Part shown: in pieces, positions 32,946 to 41,153 of the stretch
How the letters are laid out: the number at the start of each line of letters is the position of its first letter
Numbering within the stretch: the stretch's first letter is position 1
DNA from: an uncultured Christensenellaceae bacterium
GTDB lineage: Bacteria; Bacillota; Clostridia; Christensenellales; Aristaeellaceae
DNA length: 41,153 nt
NCBI GenBank assembly: GCA_905236495.1
Contig: CAJOPV010000066.1
Span: 1 to 41,153, forward strand
Direction of reading: 5' to 3'
Program-made: the position numbers and the translations under genes
Notes under the pieces: generated by a model
What the model was told of the DNA's origin: nothing
The model's database searches: none
The model's input: the letters and a program-made list of their open reading frames with translations, nothing else

Positions 32946-33818
32946 ATGCTGTTTGGCGGGCTGGAAGCGGGCGGCACCAAGATGGTGATGGCGGTTGCGG
33001 ACGGCGATATGCGCATCCTGGAAAGAAAAACGATCCCCACCGCGTCGCCCAAAGAAACGGCAGGGGAGATCATCGCTTTTTTCCGCGGCTTTCCCTTGGA
33101 CGCCCTGGGGATCGGCTCCTTCGGCCCGCTGGATCTGAACGCCGCGTCCCCGACCTACGGGCAGATCACGCAGACGCCCAAGCTTGCCTGGCGGAATTAC
33201 CCGCTTTTGCCCGAGCTCAGGGATGCGCTGGGCGTCCCCTGCGCTTTGGATACGGACGTGAACGCCGCCGCGCTGTGCGAAGCGGAGGCAGGCGCGGCGA
33301 AGGGCTTGAATTGCTGCGTGTATGTGACGGTGGGCACCGGCATCGGGGCGGGAGTTTATTGCGAAGGCAAGCTGGTGCACGGCCTCATGCACCCGGAATG
33401 GGGGCATCTGATCCTTCGCCCGCACGAAGAGGACCCCATGCCTCGGGGCGTATGTCCTTATCATCCGGGCTGCCTGGAGGGGTTAGCCAGCGGCCCCAGC
33501 ATGGAAAAGCGCTGGGACGTGCCCGCCCGGGAGCTGCCGGAGGAACACATCGGCTGGCGCATCGAGGCGCATTACCTGGCCCAGCTGTGCGTGACCGCGC
33601 TGATGACCGTATCGCCCCAAAAGATTATTTTGGGCGGCGGCGTCATGCATCAGGAAAAGCTGTTCCCCCTGATCCGGGAGGAGACCGCCCGGCTCATCAA
33701 CGGCTATCTGCCATTTGCGGAGAAATTGGATGATTTGATCGTGCCGCCCCTTTGCTACCCGGACAGCGGCCTCATCGGCGCGCTGCTGCTGGCGAAGCGG
33801 GCGATGAAAAAAGCTTAG
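32946..33818 (+). CDS. ROK family sugar kinase (fructokinase/Mak-like)
   Basis: N-terminal ATP-binding GGLEAGGTKM, DTDVNAAALCE, VTVGTGIGAG, and a Zn motif HPEWGH...CPYHPGCLE. The start at ATG 32946 lies downstream of the terminator. Confidence 0.75.
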   Translation: MLFGGLEAGGTKMVMAVADGDMRILERKTIPTASPKETAGEIIAFFRGFPLDALGIGSFGPLDLNAASPTYGQITQTPKLAWRNYPLLPELRDALGVPCALDTDVNAAALCEAEAGAAKGLNCCVYVTVGTGIGAGVYCEGKLVHGLMHPEWGHLILRPHEEDPMPRGVCPYHPGCLEGLASGPSMEKRWDVPARELPEEHIGWRIEAHYLAQLCVTALMTVSPQKIILGGGVMHQEKLFPLIREETARLINGYLPFAEKLDDLIVPPLCYPDSGLIGALLLAKRAMKKA

Positions 33819-33833
33819 GGAAAGGCGCTTGCC

Positions 33834-34604
33834 ATGCAGGTATTTGACACCCATTGCCATCTGGACGATGAAAAATTCAGCGAGGATCGGGAGGAAGCCT
33901 GGCAGCGGATGCGGGAGGCCGGGGTCCTTCGGTGCGTATGCGTCGGCAGCGACCTGAAAAGCTCCGAAAAGTGCATTCGGATCGCCGACGCCCATGAAGG
34001 CGTCTGGGCGGCGGCGGGCATCCACCCCCACGAGGCCAAGGACGCGCCTTCGGATTATCTGGATCGCTTAGAAGCCCTGCTTCAAACGGATAAGGCGGTG
34101 GCCCTGGGGGAGATCGGGCTGGATTTTTACTATGATCTTTCGCCCCGGGACATCCAAAGAAAAGTGATGGATGAGCAAATCGGGCTGGCGCTGAAAACGG
34201 ATCAGCCCGTGATCTTCCACATCCGGGACGCTCACGGGGAAATGATCGATTATTTCAGGGCCCGGAAAAAGCTGCCCCGGGGCATCATCCATTGCTTTTC
34301 CGGCAGCGCGGAAACGGCGAAGGAATATGTGAAGATGGGCTTTTATATTTCCTTTGCCGGGCCTTTGACCTTCAAGAAAGCGCCGAATCTCTGGGCGGCT
34401 GCCCAGGCGGCGCCGTTGGATCGGCTGCTGGTGGAAACGGACAGCCCTTACCTTGCCCCGGAGCCCCTGCGGGGACGGCGCAACGAGCCTGCCAACGTGG
34501 TATGGACGCTGAAAAAACTGGCAGCCCTGCGGGGGCTGCCGGAAGAGGAAATGGCCCGGATCACCTGGGAAAACGCCTGCCGGATCTATGGTCTTCCCAC
34601 GTGA
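33834..34604 (+). CDS. tatD: TatD family metal-dependent hydrolase (DNase)
   Basis: 256 aa with FDTHCHLDD, GEIGLDFYY, HCFSGS and ETDSPYL motifs. Confidence 0.85.
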   Translation: MQVFDTHCHLDDEKFSEDREEAWQRMREAGVLRCVCVGSDLKSSEKCIRIADAHEGVWAAAGIHPHEAKDAPSDYLDRLEALLQTDKAVALGEIGLDFYYDLSPRDIQRKVMDEQIGLALKTDQPVIFHIRDAHGEMIDYFRARKKLPRGIIHCFSGSAETAKEYVKMGFYISFAGPLTFKKAPNLWAAAQAAPLDRLLVETDSPYLAPEPLRGRRNEPANVVWTLKKLAALRGLPEEEMARITWENACRIYGLPT

Positions 34605-35705
34605 CTAATAGACTAAATATTCGCATTCAAGACGACCGTTATACAGCCGTCTTTTTTGCATGGCCCGTTTGCCGAAGCAGCGTTCAAAGCCCGTATGGGC
34701 GGTGAGCACCCCCATACGGCAGCCGGGATGCCGGTCATACAGCCCCCGGATATCCCGGTACAGGCTTTCGCAGGCCCGGCGGTCGCCGAGCCTTTCCCCG
34801 TAGGGCGGGTTCAAAAGGAAGCAGGGGGCGGGACCGGGGAGCACAGCATCCCGCAGGTCCTGACGGCGGACGATGATTTTTCCGCCCAATCCGGCCTGCC
34901 TGATATGGCGTTTGCAAAGCTCCAGGGCGTTTTCATCGATATCCCCGCCGCCGATCTCTCCCATCAGCGCAGGATCGAACCGCGCTTCCGCTTCCTTCCG
35001 CAGCCATCGCATTTCCTTTTCGGGAAAGAAAGGCCATGCCTCGCACGCAAAGGTGCGGTTCAGCCCCGGAGCGCGGCGGGAGCGCAGGAAGGCGGCCTCG
35101 ATAAGCAATGTGCCCGTGCCGCAGCAGGGGTCGTATAAAGGCTGATCCTGTCCCCAGGGAGCCAGCATGGCAAGGGCCGCCGCAAGAGTCTCCCGCAGAG
35201 GCGCTTCCCCGTTCCAGGTGCGGTAACCCCGCTTGTTCAGCGCCGCGCCGCTGGTATCCAAAGTCAGACGCACCGCGTCCTGATGAATGGATACGTCGAT
35301 TTTGTATTCCGTCCCGTCCTCCGGGAACCAGGCGGTATGATATTTTTTCTTCAACCGCTCCACGATGGCCTTTTTCACGATGGCCTGGCAGTCCCGGACG
35401 CTCATGAGCTGGCTGCGGGCGCATTTGCCGCTGACGGGGAAGCGGGCGTTTGCGGGCAGGTAGTTTTCCCAGGGGAGGTTGAAGACAAGCTGAAAAAGCT
35501 CCTCAAAGGTAACGGCCCGGCCTTCCCCCGCGATGAGCAGGACCCGATCCGCCGTGCGGAGCCACAGATTGGCGCTGAACGCCTGGGCGGGATCGGCGGA
35601 AAACCGGGCCCCGCCGTTTTCGGCTTTGCCGTCAAGGCCCATCTTGGCAAGCTCCCGCTTCACCAGCCCCTCCAGCCCAAAGGCAGCCGTAGCGAAAAAC
35701 TCCAT
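34605..35705 (-). CDS. THUMP-domain class I SAM-dependent RNA methyltransferase (RlmL N-terminal half/YpsC-like, UPF0020)
   Basis: 366 aa with an N-terminal THUMP-like region, SAM motif I DPCCGTGTLLIEAA and motif IV NPPYGERL. Confidence 0.8.
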   Translation of the reverse strand: MEFFATAAFGLEGLVKRELAKMGLDGKAENGGARFSADPAQAFSANLWLRTADRVLLIAGEGRAVTFEELFQLVFNLPWENYLPANARFPVSGKCARSQLMSVRDCQAIVKKAIVERLKKKYHTAWFPEDGTEYKIDVSIHQDAVRLTLDTSGAALNKRGYRTWNGEAPLRETLAAALAMLAPWGQDQPLYDPCCGTGTLLIEAAFLRSRRAPGLNRTFACEAWPFFPEKEMRWLRKEAEARFDPALMGEIGGGDIDENALELCKRHIRQAGLGGKIIVRRQDLRDAVLPGPAPCFLLNPPYGERLGDRRACESLYRDIRGLYDRHPGCRMGVLTAHTGFERCFGKRAMQKRRLYNGRLECEYLVY

Positions 35706-35723
35706 AGGATATCAGCGTCCTTA

Positions 35724-36260
35724 TCAGTTTGATTCAAATAAACAGCCCAGCTCCAAGCGGACCTCATGGCGCTGCACGTCGTCATTTTGGTATTCGCAGG
35801 CGTTTAAGCCCATCAGCGTCAGGCCCTGGGACAGGTAAAAAGCAATGGCGGCGGTATTGCAGCTTTGAGTCTCCAGGATCAGCGCCCGGCGGCGCTGGGC
35901 CCGGGCGATCTCCTTGGCCCGGGTCATGAGCAATGTTCCGTAGCCCCGGCGGCGAAAGCCCTCCTGCACGCAGAGATTGGTGACCCTCAGGCGGTTGTTC
36001 CAGTTTTCGGGAGTGACCTCCAGGATGGCCCGAAGCTCCTTTCCGTCCCAGAGGCCGTAGGCCTTGGGATCGTCCCAATGGGCGGCGAAGAGCTGATCCG
36101 TAAATTCCTTGTGCACAGGCGCGCAGGGGGTGCGCACCAGCTCCAGGGAAAAGACGTTTTCGCTGCTCCGCATCCGCAGGTCGTAATACGCAGTGCTCAC
36201 GTAGGAAAATACCACCTCGTAGCCCGAAAACTGCTCCTTGGACAGCTCCGCGATATGCAT
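35724..36260 (-). CDS. GNAT family N-acetyltransferase
   Basis: Acetyl-CoA motif A VQEGFRRRGYGTLLMTRAKEIA. The track start (36290) sits immediately downstream of a TATAAT (minus, 36298-36293), probably upstream of the transcription start. I therefore prefer ATG 36260 (GAAAGAGG upstream). The start is uncertain. Confidence 0.7.
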   Translation of the reverse strand: MHIAELSKEQFSGYEVVFSYVSTAYYDLRMRSSENVFSLELVRTPCAPVHKEFTDQLFAAHWDDPKAYGLWDGKELRAILEVTPENWNNRLRVTNLCVQEGFRRRGYGTLLMTRAKEIARAQRRRALILETQSCNTAAIAFYLSQGLTLMGLNACEYQNDDVQRHEVRLELGCLFESN

Positions 36261-36292
36261 CCGCCCCGCCTCTTTCCGATGGATTCTCATTC

Positions 36293-36321
36293 ATTATACA
36301 TGAGATCGCCCAAAATGAAAA
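36293..36321 (-). promoter_or_regulatory. Candidate promoter for the GNAT-methyltransferase pair
   Basis: On the minus strand: TTTTCA (36321-36316), 17-nt spacer, TATAAT (36298-36293). Confidence 0.35.
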
Positions 36322-36413
36322 GCATGATATGCAGGATCGACATTCTCCGCGCTCTGAAACGACGGAAAGAAACCATCCATCTCCTATAATGAACGTATCA
36401 ATCGGTTTGGAAA

Positions 36414-38738
36414 ATGGGGGAATCAGGGGTGGAAGCGTATTCGGAGGTCAAACGACCGGGATGGGCAGCACAGGTAAGGCGTCATCTGCCTTCGGTCAGG
36501 CTGGCGGCAAAGGCGCTGATCCGCAGGCTGCCCATGGCAATCGCATTCTTTCTGCTGAGTCTGGCGCAATGCTTCTATGTACCCTCGCCTTACGCCATCT
36601 GCTGCCTGGCGGCGCTGCTCAGATGCGGCGTCACCCCGGCAGGGGCCGGGCTGGGCCTGGCGGCGGGATTGGCTTTTCGGCTGATCTGGGGGCTGCCCAA
36701 GGATATCTGGCAGTTTGCCGCCTGCCTCATCTGCCTGCCGCTTATGCGCATTCCCTGGAAAAAGAACGGGTACGTGACGGCGCTCGCCGGCTTTTTGCTG
36801 CTCTTTCGGGCATTGCCCGGGATGATGGGGGCGGCGGATGCGAGGGGCGTGATCTTAAACGCTGCCAGCGTGCTGCTGGGCATCGCCTCCATGCCGGCGC
36901 TGCTGCGGGCAGGACGGCTGTGGAAGGCCGGCTTTCGGGAGCTGAATGAGGATGATCTACTGTGCCTGATGCTGCCGATCCTGCTGGTGATCGCCGGGGC
37001 GGGGCGGGTATCCGCCTTTCAGGCCAATATCGGCTACATGGCGGCGGGGGCCTTTACCCTGATTTTCGCCTGGACAAAGGGGACGGGCACCGGGGTGCTG
37101 TGCGCCCTGGGCAGCGGCCTTTCACTGCTGCTCAGCGGGCAAAGCGCGCTGATGCTGGTCAATCTGGTGTTCGGCGGGCTGATGGCAGGGCTGACCCAGG
37201 GCAAAAACAGGCTGATGACGGGGGCTGTTTATCTGCTTGCCACGGTGACGGTGACCTATCTTATCGCCCTGTCCTTTCAGAAGCATATCTTTTTTGCGGA
37301 CGCAGCGACGGTGCTTTTATTTGTAGGCATGCCCAATCGGTGGATGCGGAGGGTGACGGGCTTTATCAGAAAGACCACCTGGCAGCGGCCCAAGGAAAAC
37401 GCCTATACACGGCTCAAAATGCAGCGCTGGGTCAAGGCCATCGACAAGCTGACCGACGCACTGCCCACCCCGCGGATCAGCGAAACCACGGAGGAGGAGA
37501 TCAGCGAGACTTTTACCGAAATGCTCTGCCCGGACTGCGAAAGGCTTCTGATCTGCTGGCATGATCAGTACGAGCAGACCAAGGCGGGCATGACCGCCCT
37601 GAGCCGCGCAGGGGAGGAGGAAAATGACGAACTGGATATCATCAACCGCTATTTCTCCGCCTGCCCTCGGATATCCAGGCTGCCTGAGATCGTGCGCAGG
37701 ATCGATGAGGAGAAGCAGCGGCGCATGCAGCGCTCGGTTTGTGCCGCCTATGAAAGGGAAATGCTGCAAACCCATTTGACGGCCCTGTCCCAGGCTGCCC
37801 AGCGCATAAGCCTGGACGGGTTCGTGAGCCCGGAGGAAGCGTATTGGATCAGCCAGGTGGAGGAGGCGCTGGCGGCGAGGCGTTTCCCCGGGAAGGCGGC
37901 CTTCGTCAAAAAGGTGGATGGGCGCATGACGGTGTGCCTGCAATGGGATTCCCTGGCTTTGCGCCCGGATGCGGACGACGGGCTGTGCCGGGAGATCAGC
38001 CTTCGGCTTCACAGCGATCTGACGGTCACGGATCGGCGGGGCGGCAGGATCATCCTGGAGGAGGAGCCGCCCCTTGCGGTGATCACCGGCATGGCGACGG
38101 CCTGCGCCGTGACGGCGGACAGAAAAAAGCCCCAGGATAACGGCGACGCGGTGCTGATCCGCACCCTGGACGGGGGACGGGAGCTGATCGCCCTGAGCGA
38201 CGGCATGGGCCACGGCGCCGGGGCCCAGGATGAGAGCATGAAAACGCTGGAAATGCTGTCGCTGTGCATGGAGGCGGGGTATTCCCGGCAGCAGGCCATG
38301 ACGGCGGTGAACGGCAGCATGCTCTCGGCAACGGGGGGCGAAAAATTCGCCACGGTGGATCTGTGCCTGGTGGATCTTTGGACAGGGGAGGTCGCCATGA
38401 ACAAGCTGGGGGCCTGCCCGTCCTACCTGGTGCGGGGACAGAAAATCGATTTCGTCCGGGGGGAGGCGCTGCCATTGGGCATCGTGGAAAGGGTGATGCC
38501 CATGGAGCATGCCTTTTCCCTGGGAGAAGGGGATATGCTGCTGATGATGACGGACGGGATATCCGACGCCTTTGCGGAGGATGAGGATATCGCCGCCCTC
38601 ATTCGCCGGGATCGGAGCCCCCAGCAGATCGCCGATTCCCTGCTGAGGGAAGCGCTGATCCGATACGGCGGCCTGCCGCAGGACGATATGACGGTGATCT
38701 GCGCCAAGGTGACGGAGCGAAAAAGAAAAACGGCATAA
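36414..38738 (+). CDS. spoIIE: Stage II sporulation protein E (membrane PP2C phosphatase SpoIIE)
   Basis: 774 aa with an N-terminal polytopic membrane region (about 10 hydrophobic segments), a central region, and a C-terminal PP2C domain with ALSDGMGHGAGA and MMTDGISD metal-binding motifs. Confidence 0.85.
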   Translation: MGESGVEAYSEVKRPGWAAQVRRHLPSVRLAAKALIRRLPMAIAFFLLSLAQCFYVPSPYAICCLAALLRCGVTPAGAGLGLAAGLAFRLIWGLPKDIWQFAACLICLPLMRIPWKKNGYVTALAGFLLLFRALPGMMGAADARGVILNAASVLLGIASMPALLRAGRLWKAGFRELNEDDLLCLMLPILLVIAGAGRVSAFQANIGYMAAGAFTLIFAWTKGTGTGVLCALGSGLSLLLSGQSALMLVNLVFGGLMAGLTQGKNRLMTGAVYLLATVTVTYLIALSFQKHIFFADAATVLLFVGMPNRWMRRVTGFIRKTTWQRPKENAYTRLKMQRWVKAIDKLTDALPTPRISETTEEEISETFTEMLCPDCERLLICWHDQYEQTKAGMTALSRAGEEENDELDIINRYFSACPRISRLPEIVRRIDEEKQRRMQRSVCAAYEREMLQTHLTALSQAAQRISLDGFVSPEEAYWISQVEEALAARRFPGKAAFVKKVDGRMTVCLQWDSLALRPDADDGLCREISLRLHSDLTVTDRRGGRIILEEEPPLAVITGMATACAVTADRKKPQDNGDAVLIRTLDGGRELIALSDGMGHGAGAQDESMKTLEMLSLCMEAGYSRQQAMTAVNGSMLSATGGEKFATVDLCLVDLWTGEVAMNKLGACPSYLVRGQKIDFVRGEALPLGIVERVMPMEHAFSLGEGDMLLMMTDGISDAFAEDEDIAALIRRDRSPQQIADSLLREALIRYGGLPQDDMTVICAKVTERKRKTA

Positions 38739-38739
38739 C

Positions 38740-38773
38740 GAACGCCCCTTCCGATCATGCGGGAGGGGCGTTC
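38740..38773. terminator. Shared hairpin terminator between convergent spoIIE and the nfnB-like gene
   Basis: 14-bp stem (one G-U) GAACGCCCCTTCCG (38740-38753) / CGGGAGGGGCGTTC (38760-38773). The T-run for the minus-strand transcript (complement of 38719-38730 AAAAAGAAAAAC) lies within the spoIIE 3' coding end. There is no good T-run on the plus side. Confidence 0.6.
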
Positions 38774-38787
38774 AATATGGCTTTGTT

Positions 38788-40176
38788 TTATTTGTTTTTC
38801 AGGTATTCATCGATGGCGGCGGCGGCGTTTTTGCCGGCGCCCATCGCCAGGATCACCGTGGCGGCCCCCGTTACCGCGTCGCCCCCGGCGTAGATGCCGG
38901 TGAGGGAGGTGAGGCCCGTTTCATCCTCGGCGATGATGCCGCCCCATTTTTGGGTCTCAAGCCCCTCGGTGGTGGATTTGATGAGGGGATTGGGGGAAGT
39001 GCCCAGGGCCATGATGACGCAATCCAGCGGGATCACGAATTCGCTGCCCTCCACCGGCACGGGCCGACGGCGCCCGGAAGCGTCCGGCTCGCCCAGGGCC
39101 ATTTCCTGGCACTTGGCGGCCTTGACCCAGCCCTGCTCATCGCCCTGGATCTCCAAAGGATTGGTGAGGAATTTAAACTGGATGCCCTCCTCCATGGCGT
39201 GCTCCACTTCCTCCCGGCGGGCGGGCAATTCCGCCTCCGTGCGGCGATAGATCACCGTCACCTCCGCCCCCAGGCGCTTGGCGCACCGGGCCGCGTCCAT
39301 GGCTACGTTGCCGCCGCCCACCACCGCCACGTGTTTTCCGTGCTGGATGGGGGTATCGCTGCCGGGCTTGTAGGCCTTCATCAAATTGATGCGGGTCAGA
39401 AACTCGTTGGCGGAATAAACGCCCTTCAGGTTCTCCCCGGGTATATTCATAAATTTGGGCAGCCCGGCGCCGGAGCCGATGAACACCGCCTCAAAGCCGT
39501 ATTCCTCCATCAGCTCCGCAATGGTGATGGTTTTGCCGATCACCACATTGGTTTCGATCTTTACGCCCAGCTGCATCAGGGTATCGATTTCCTTTTGCAC
39601 GATGGATTTGGGCAGGCGGAATTCGGGAATGCCATAAACCAGCACGCCGCCCGCCAGGTGCAGCGCCTCGAACACCGTCACCTCATAGCCCTTCTTTGCC
39701 AGGCCCCCGGCGCAGGTGAGGCCGGAGGGGCCGGAGCCGATCACCGCCACCCGATGCCCGTTGGAAGCGGGCTTCTGCGGGGCTTCCTGACTGTGGGCGT
39801 TATGCCAGTCGGCGGCAAAGCGCTCCAGCCGCCCGATGCCCACCGGCTCTCCCTTGATGCCCCGGACGCACTTGCTTTCGCATTGGCTTTCCTGTGGGCA
39901 TACCCGCCCGCAGACAGCGGGGAGGGAGGAGGATTCGGCGATGATCTGATAGGCGGCCTCGAACCGGCCCGCCGCCATCTCCTTGATAAAATCCGGGATG
40001 CGGATGCGCACCGGGCAGCCGCCAACGCAGGGCCGATGCTTGCAGTTCAGGCACCTTTGGGCTTCGTCGATGGCCTGGGCCTCGGTATAGCCCAGGGCCA
40101 CTTCGCTGAAATTATGATTGCGCACGTCCGGGGCCTGGGAGGGCATGGGATTTTTTTTCAGGGCCATATTGGGCAT
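38788..40176 (-). CDS. nfnB: GltD-family NADPH-dependent oxidoreductase (glutamate synthase small-chain homologue), NfnB-like large subunit
   Basis: The start is trimmed from track 40290 to ATG 40176 (GGAGGAG 7 nt upstream, 1 nt after the upstream stop). The N-terminal Fe-S motif is CLNCKHRPCVGGCPV. Two Rossmann motifs are VAVIGSGPSGLTCA and VAVVGGGNVAMDAAR. It is paired with a 279-aa FNR-like subunit, as in NfnAB/SudAB. The function is assigned by architecture only. Confidence 0.65.
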   Translation of the reverse strand: MPNMALKKNPMPSQAPDVRNHNFSEVALGYTEAQAIDEAQRCLNCKHRPCVGGCPVRIRIPDFIKEMAAGRFEAAYQIIAESSSLPAVCGRVCPQESQCESKCVRGIKGEPVGIGRLERFAADWHNAHSQEAPQKPASNGHRVAVIGSGPSGLTCAGGLAKKGYEVTVFEALHLAGGVLVYGIPEFRLPKSIVQKEIDTLMQLGVKIETNVVIGKTITIAELMEEYGFEAVFIGSGAGLPKFMNIPGENLKGVYSANEFLTRINLMKAYKPGSDTPIQHGKHVAVVGGGNVAMDAARCAKRLGAEVTVIYRRTEAELPARREEVEHAMEEGIQFKFLTNPLEIQGDEQGWVKAAKCQEMALGEPDASGRRRPVPVEGSEFVIPLDCVIMALGTSPNPLIKSTTEGLETQKWGGIIAEDETGLTSLTGIYAGGDAVTGAATVILAMGAGKNAAAAIDEYLKNK

Positions 40177-40177
40177 G

Positions 40178-41017
40178 TTATTTCTCCTCCTTGAACAGGT
40201 TGCAGGCTTCTTCGTAGGCGTGACGCTCGAAATCCTGATAGGTGCGGCCCCGGGCCATGGCCTCGTCAAAATCGATCTCATGCCCGTCAAATTCGGGGCC
40301 GTCCACGCAGGCGAAGCGGGTCTTGCCGCTTACCGTCAGCCGGCAGCCGCCGCACATGCCCGTGCCGTCGATCATAATGGGGTTCATGCTGGCGATGGTC
40401 TTGACGCCGTATTCCTTCGTCAGCCTGCATACGAACTTCATCATAATGAGGGGGCCGATGGTGATAACCTCGTCGTACTGTTCGCCGCTTTCGATGAGCT
40501 TTTTCAGCGCGTCGGTGACCAAGCCCTTTTCTCCCCAGCTGCCGTCGTCGCTCATGCGGACGAATTTGGTGCTGTGGGCGGCGAATTCATCCTCTAAAAT
40601 CACTAAATCCTTATTGCGGAAGCCCGCGATGGCGTGCACCTCGGCCCCCTGCTCAAACAGCTTTTTTGTGACGGGATAGGCGATGGCGCAGCCAACGCCG
40701 CCCCCCACTACGGCGACCTTCTTCAGCCCCTCCGTATGGGTGGCCCGGCCTAAGGGACCCACAAAATCGTGAATGAAATCGCCCTCGTTCAGGTGATTCA
40801 GCTTTTCGGTGGTGGCCCCCACGATCTGGAAAATGATGGTGACGGTGCCCTTTTCCCGGTCGTAATCCGCCACCGTCAGGGGGATGCGTTCCCCATCCTG
40901 ATCCACACGAAGTATGATGAACTGCCCCGGCTCCGCCTTGCGGGCCACCAAAGGCGCCTCCACCTCCATCAACGTTACGGTGGGGTTCAGCGCCTGCTTT
41001 TTCAAAATCTTGTTCAC
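40178..41017 (-). CDS. nfnA: Sulfide/dihydroorotate-dehydrogenase-like FAD/NAD-binding protein with C-terminal [2Fe-2S], NfnA-like small subunit
   Basis: 279 aa with a GTG start at 41017 and AGGAGGA at 41024-41030 (minus). It has an FNR-like fold (FIILRVDQDGERIPLTVADYD; VAVVGGGVGCAIAYP) and a C-terminal Cys cluster DGTGMCGGCRLTVSGKTRFACVDGPEF. Confidence 0.7.
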   Translation of the reverse strand: MNKILKKQALNPTVTLMEVEAPLVARKAEPGQFIILRVDQDGERIPLTVADYDREKGTVTIIFQIVGATTEKLNHLNEGDFIHDFVGPLGRATHTEGLKKVAVVGGGVGCAIAYPVTKKLFEQGAEVHAIAGFRNKDLVILEDEFAAHSTKFVRMSDDGSWGEKGLVTDALKKLIESGEQYDEVITIGPLIMMKFVCRLTKEYGVKTIASMNPIMIDGTGMCGGCRLTVSGKTRFACVDGPEFDGHEIDFDEAMARGRTYQDFERHAYEEACNLFKEEK

Positions 41018-41070
41018 GCTTGATCCTCCTTAGGCTGCTTCCTGTCCCGCGTAGTTCGAGATTAATCCTC

Positions 41071-41079
41071 ATTATAGCA
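41071..41079 (-). promoter_or_regulatory. Extended -10 element (TGcTATAAT) upstream of the nfnA-like gene
   Basis: The minus strand reads TGCTATAAT (41079-41071), about 50 nt upstream of the GTG start. The -35 is poor (TGTGCA at 17-nt spacing). Confidence 0.4.
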
Positions 41080-41153
41080 GATTTTTTTCAAATTGCACAT
41101 GGAGAACAAAAGAAATGCATTTTTCCTGCCGCGGATATGAAAAGCGATGAACA

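Noticed and set aside
1-41153. Looked for CRISPR repeats, tRNA/rRNA, IS elements, integrases, phage or defence modules, toxin-antitoxin pairs and long direct or inverted repeats
   Set aside because: None were seen. Intergenic regions are short and are explained by promoters and terminators. All larger ORFs belong to housekeeping, sporulation, division or redox families.

Overview
This is a GC-rich, tightly packed core-chromosome segment from a spore-forming Clostridia-type Firmicute. The taxon call is an inference from spoVK, spoIIE, the dtd-MBL-hemZ block and the ylm division cluster. I saw no rRNA, tRNA, CRISPR array, transposase, integrase or large repeat. Gene order is as follows. On the minus strand is the promoter-proximal part of a multimeric [FeFe]-hydrogenase operon: NuoE-like subunit, GHKL ATPase-only protein, 2Fe-2S ferredoxin and the start of a NuoF-like subunit. 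Then come a MATE exporter, secG, an ABC-F ATPase, a TIM-barrel isomerase, spoVK, a secreted hypothetical protein, and a parE-parC-type topoisomerase pair on the minus strand. Next is a small self-contained operon that the ORF track shows only partly. It holds a 52-codon Cys-rich SCIFF-type ranthipeptide precursor (13139-13297, below the track's length floor), its radical-SAM/SPASM maturase, and a translationally coupled PLP-dependent Orn/Lys/Arg-decarboxylase-fold enzyme. A near-consensus promoter and a double hairpin terminator bracket it. After that come rimO, a COG2509-type FAD protein, dtd, an MBL hydrolase, a HemZ-like radical SAM protein, a GT2, an orphan SecD-like protein, recJ, relA, an MFP/HlyD-like protein, yggS-sepF-yggT-divIVA, a ROK kinase, tatD, a THUMP methyltransferase, a GNAT, spoIIE and an NfnB/NfnA-like pair. 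The best candidate for a second look is the SCIFF locus. Its precursor is unlisted, its core lacks the Thr I recall as the mapped crosslink acceptor, it carries an extra leader Cys, and it has an attached decarboxylase. SCIFF itself is a recognised family, so I cannot claim a wholly new system. The other findings are lower interest: the orphan SecD-like gene, the GHKL protein in the hydrogenase operon, shared motifs upstream of the two redox operons, and Q/P/Y-rich tails in division proteins. Many long ORFs in the track are antisense artefacts of GC-rich DNA, and several real genes start downstream of the track's first start codon.
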